Shown in pieces: positions 63,236 to 64,000 of a stretch of DNA of 64,000 nucleotides. The stretch comes from Tubulanus polymorphus (Eukaryota; Animalia; Nemertea). Numbering within the stretch: position 1 is the first letter of the stretch; each line of letters starts with the position of its first letter. The DNA lies in assembly GCF_964204645.1 (NCBI RefSeq), contig NC_134033.1:16066655-16130654 (forward strand), written 5' to 3'. The notes under the pieces are model-generated. The model searched no databases. It was not told the DNA's origin and saw only the letters and a program-made list of their open reading frames with translations. Made by a program: the position numbers and the translations under genes.

Positions 63236-64000
63236 CTAACTATTTAAAGTATCCCCGAAAGCGCTGGCCGCGTGTCTGTTCGAATCGGTAGCCGTGGACC
63301 GATTACAGCTTAGAATCTGCTTGAAAGCTCGACGAAACCCAGAGCTGCCCAACGCGTACAGCACCGGATTCACTGCCGAGTTGGCGTGACTCAGCAATAT
63401 AGCCGCCATTAGGATCTCGAACGGAAATCGAACGTCTGGCCGTAGGACGGTTAACGAATTGAGAATATGTAGCGGTAGCCAGCAAATAGCGAAAAAAACG
63501 CAGATACCGGCGAGAGATTTCGCCGCTTTACTGTGACGAGTGACCTTCCCGTTGGCGTTATTGTGTCCGGCCATTTCTAGCACGGCGATTTGATGCAGTT
63601 GTTTCTTGACGATAAAGAATATATAGGCGTAAATAGCCAACAGAATCAGCAGCGGGATCAGCACGCATCCGAAAAAATTAAAATACACCATGTATTCCAT
63701 GTCGATAACGTGCATGAAGCTGCACTGGCCGTCGGGTGGGAGGGTTCCGTGCCAGCCGAACACCGGAACCATCCCGATTAGTAACGACGCCAGCCAGGTA
63801 ACGATGATGACTACGACGGCCGCTGTGCCCGAGCACCAGCGTTGATAGACGTACGGGTGCTTGATGGCGACGAATCGTTCCAAAGCGATCGCCAACAGGC
63901 TGAATATAGAACTTTGTGTTAACATAACCACGATCGAATTCACTAGTAAACATCCGTAGAAGTCGTTGTAAGGGAAACCGGTGCTGGCGGCTATTGCGCA
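63236..64000 (-). CDS. Adenosine receptor (A2-like), 3' part; continues past the right edge
   Basis: Frame open to 64000 (CAIAASTGFPYNDFYGCLLV...). Adenosine-receptor signatures LTQSSIFSLLAIA, M.YMVYFNFFGCVL.PL, AAKSLA, CWLPLH and LSHANSAVNP. Confidence 0.93.
   Translation of the reverse strand, partial: CAIAASTGFPYNDFYGCLLVNSIVVMLTQSSIFSLLAIALERFVAIKHPYVYQRWCSGTAAVVVIIVTWLASLLIGMVPVFGWHGTLPPDGQCSFMHVIDMEYMVYFNFFGCVLIPLLILLAIYAYIFFIVKKQLHQIAVLEMAGHNNANGKVTRHSKAAKSLAGICVFFAICWLPLHILNSLTVLRPDVRFPFEILMAAILLSHANSAVNPVLYALGSSGFRRAFKQILSCNRSTATDSNRHAASAFGDTLNS

Overview
Eukaryotic (invertebrate bilaterian, probably lophotrochozoan) genomic DNA with spliceosomal genes. There is no prokaryotic system and no CRISPR array. 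Conserved genes: VPS16 (- strand, 5' part, 13 exons, runs off the left edge, with a clear U12-type intron); an intronless FMRFamide-receptor-like GPCR (+); complete CCDC39 (+, 18 exons, 948 aa); complete iodotyrosine deiodinase IYD (-, 4 exons, 304 aa); a secreted PAN/apple + Thr-rich mucin + fibrinogen-related protein (+, 3 exons, 437 aa); and the 3' part of an adenosine receptor (-). Between VPS16 and the GPCR lies a ~30 kb island (~7.04-37.3 kb) that looks AT-richer and CpG-poorer than its flanks. It holds one spliced orphan gene with a textbook CCAAT/CRE/TATA/Inr promoter and a possible truncated death-fold N-terminus. It also holds nested inverted-repeat elements, a palindromic 62-bp array, an ~8 kb higher-order satellite (153/267/159-bp units) and a tandem set of apparently non-coding exon-intron modules. 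Copies of a repeat with B-box-like motifs bracket the island; the right-hand copy also carries paired CTCF-like motifs. All calls were made by eye; family assignments rest on recognised motifs, not database searches.
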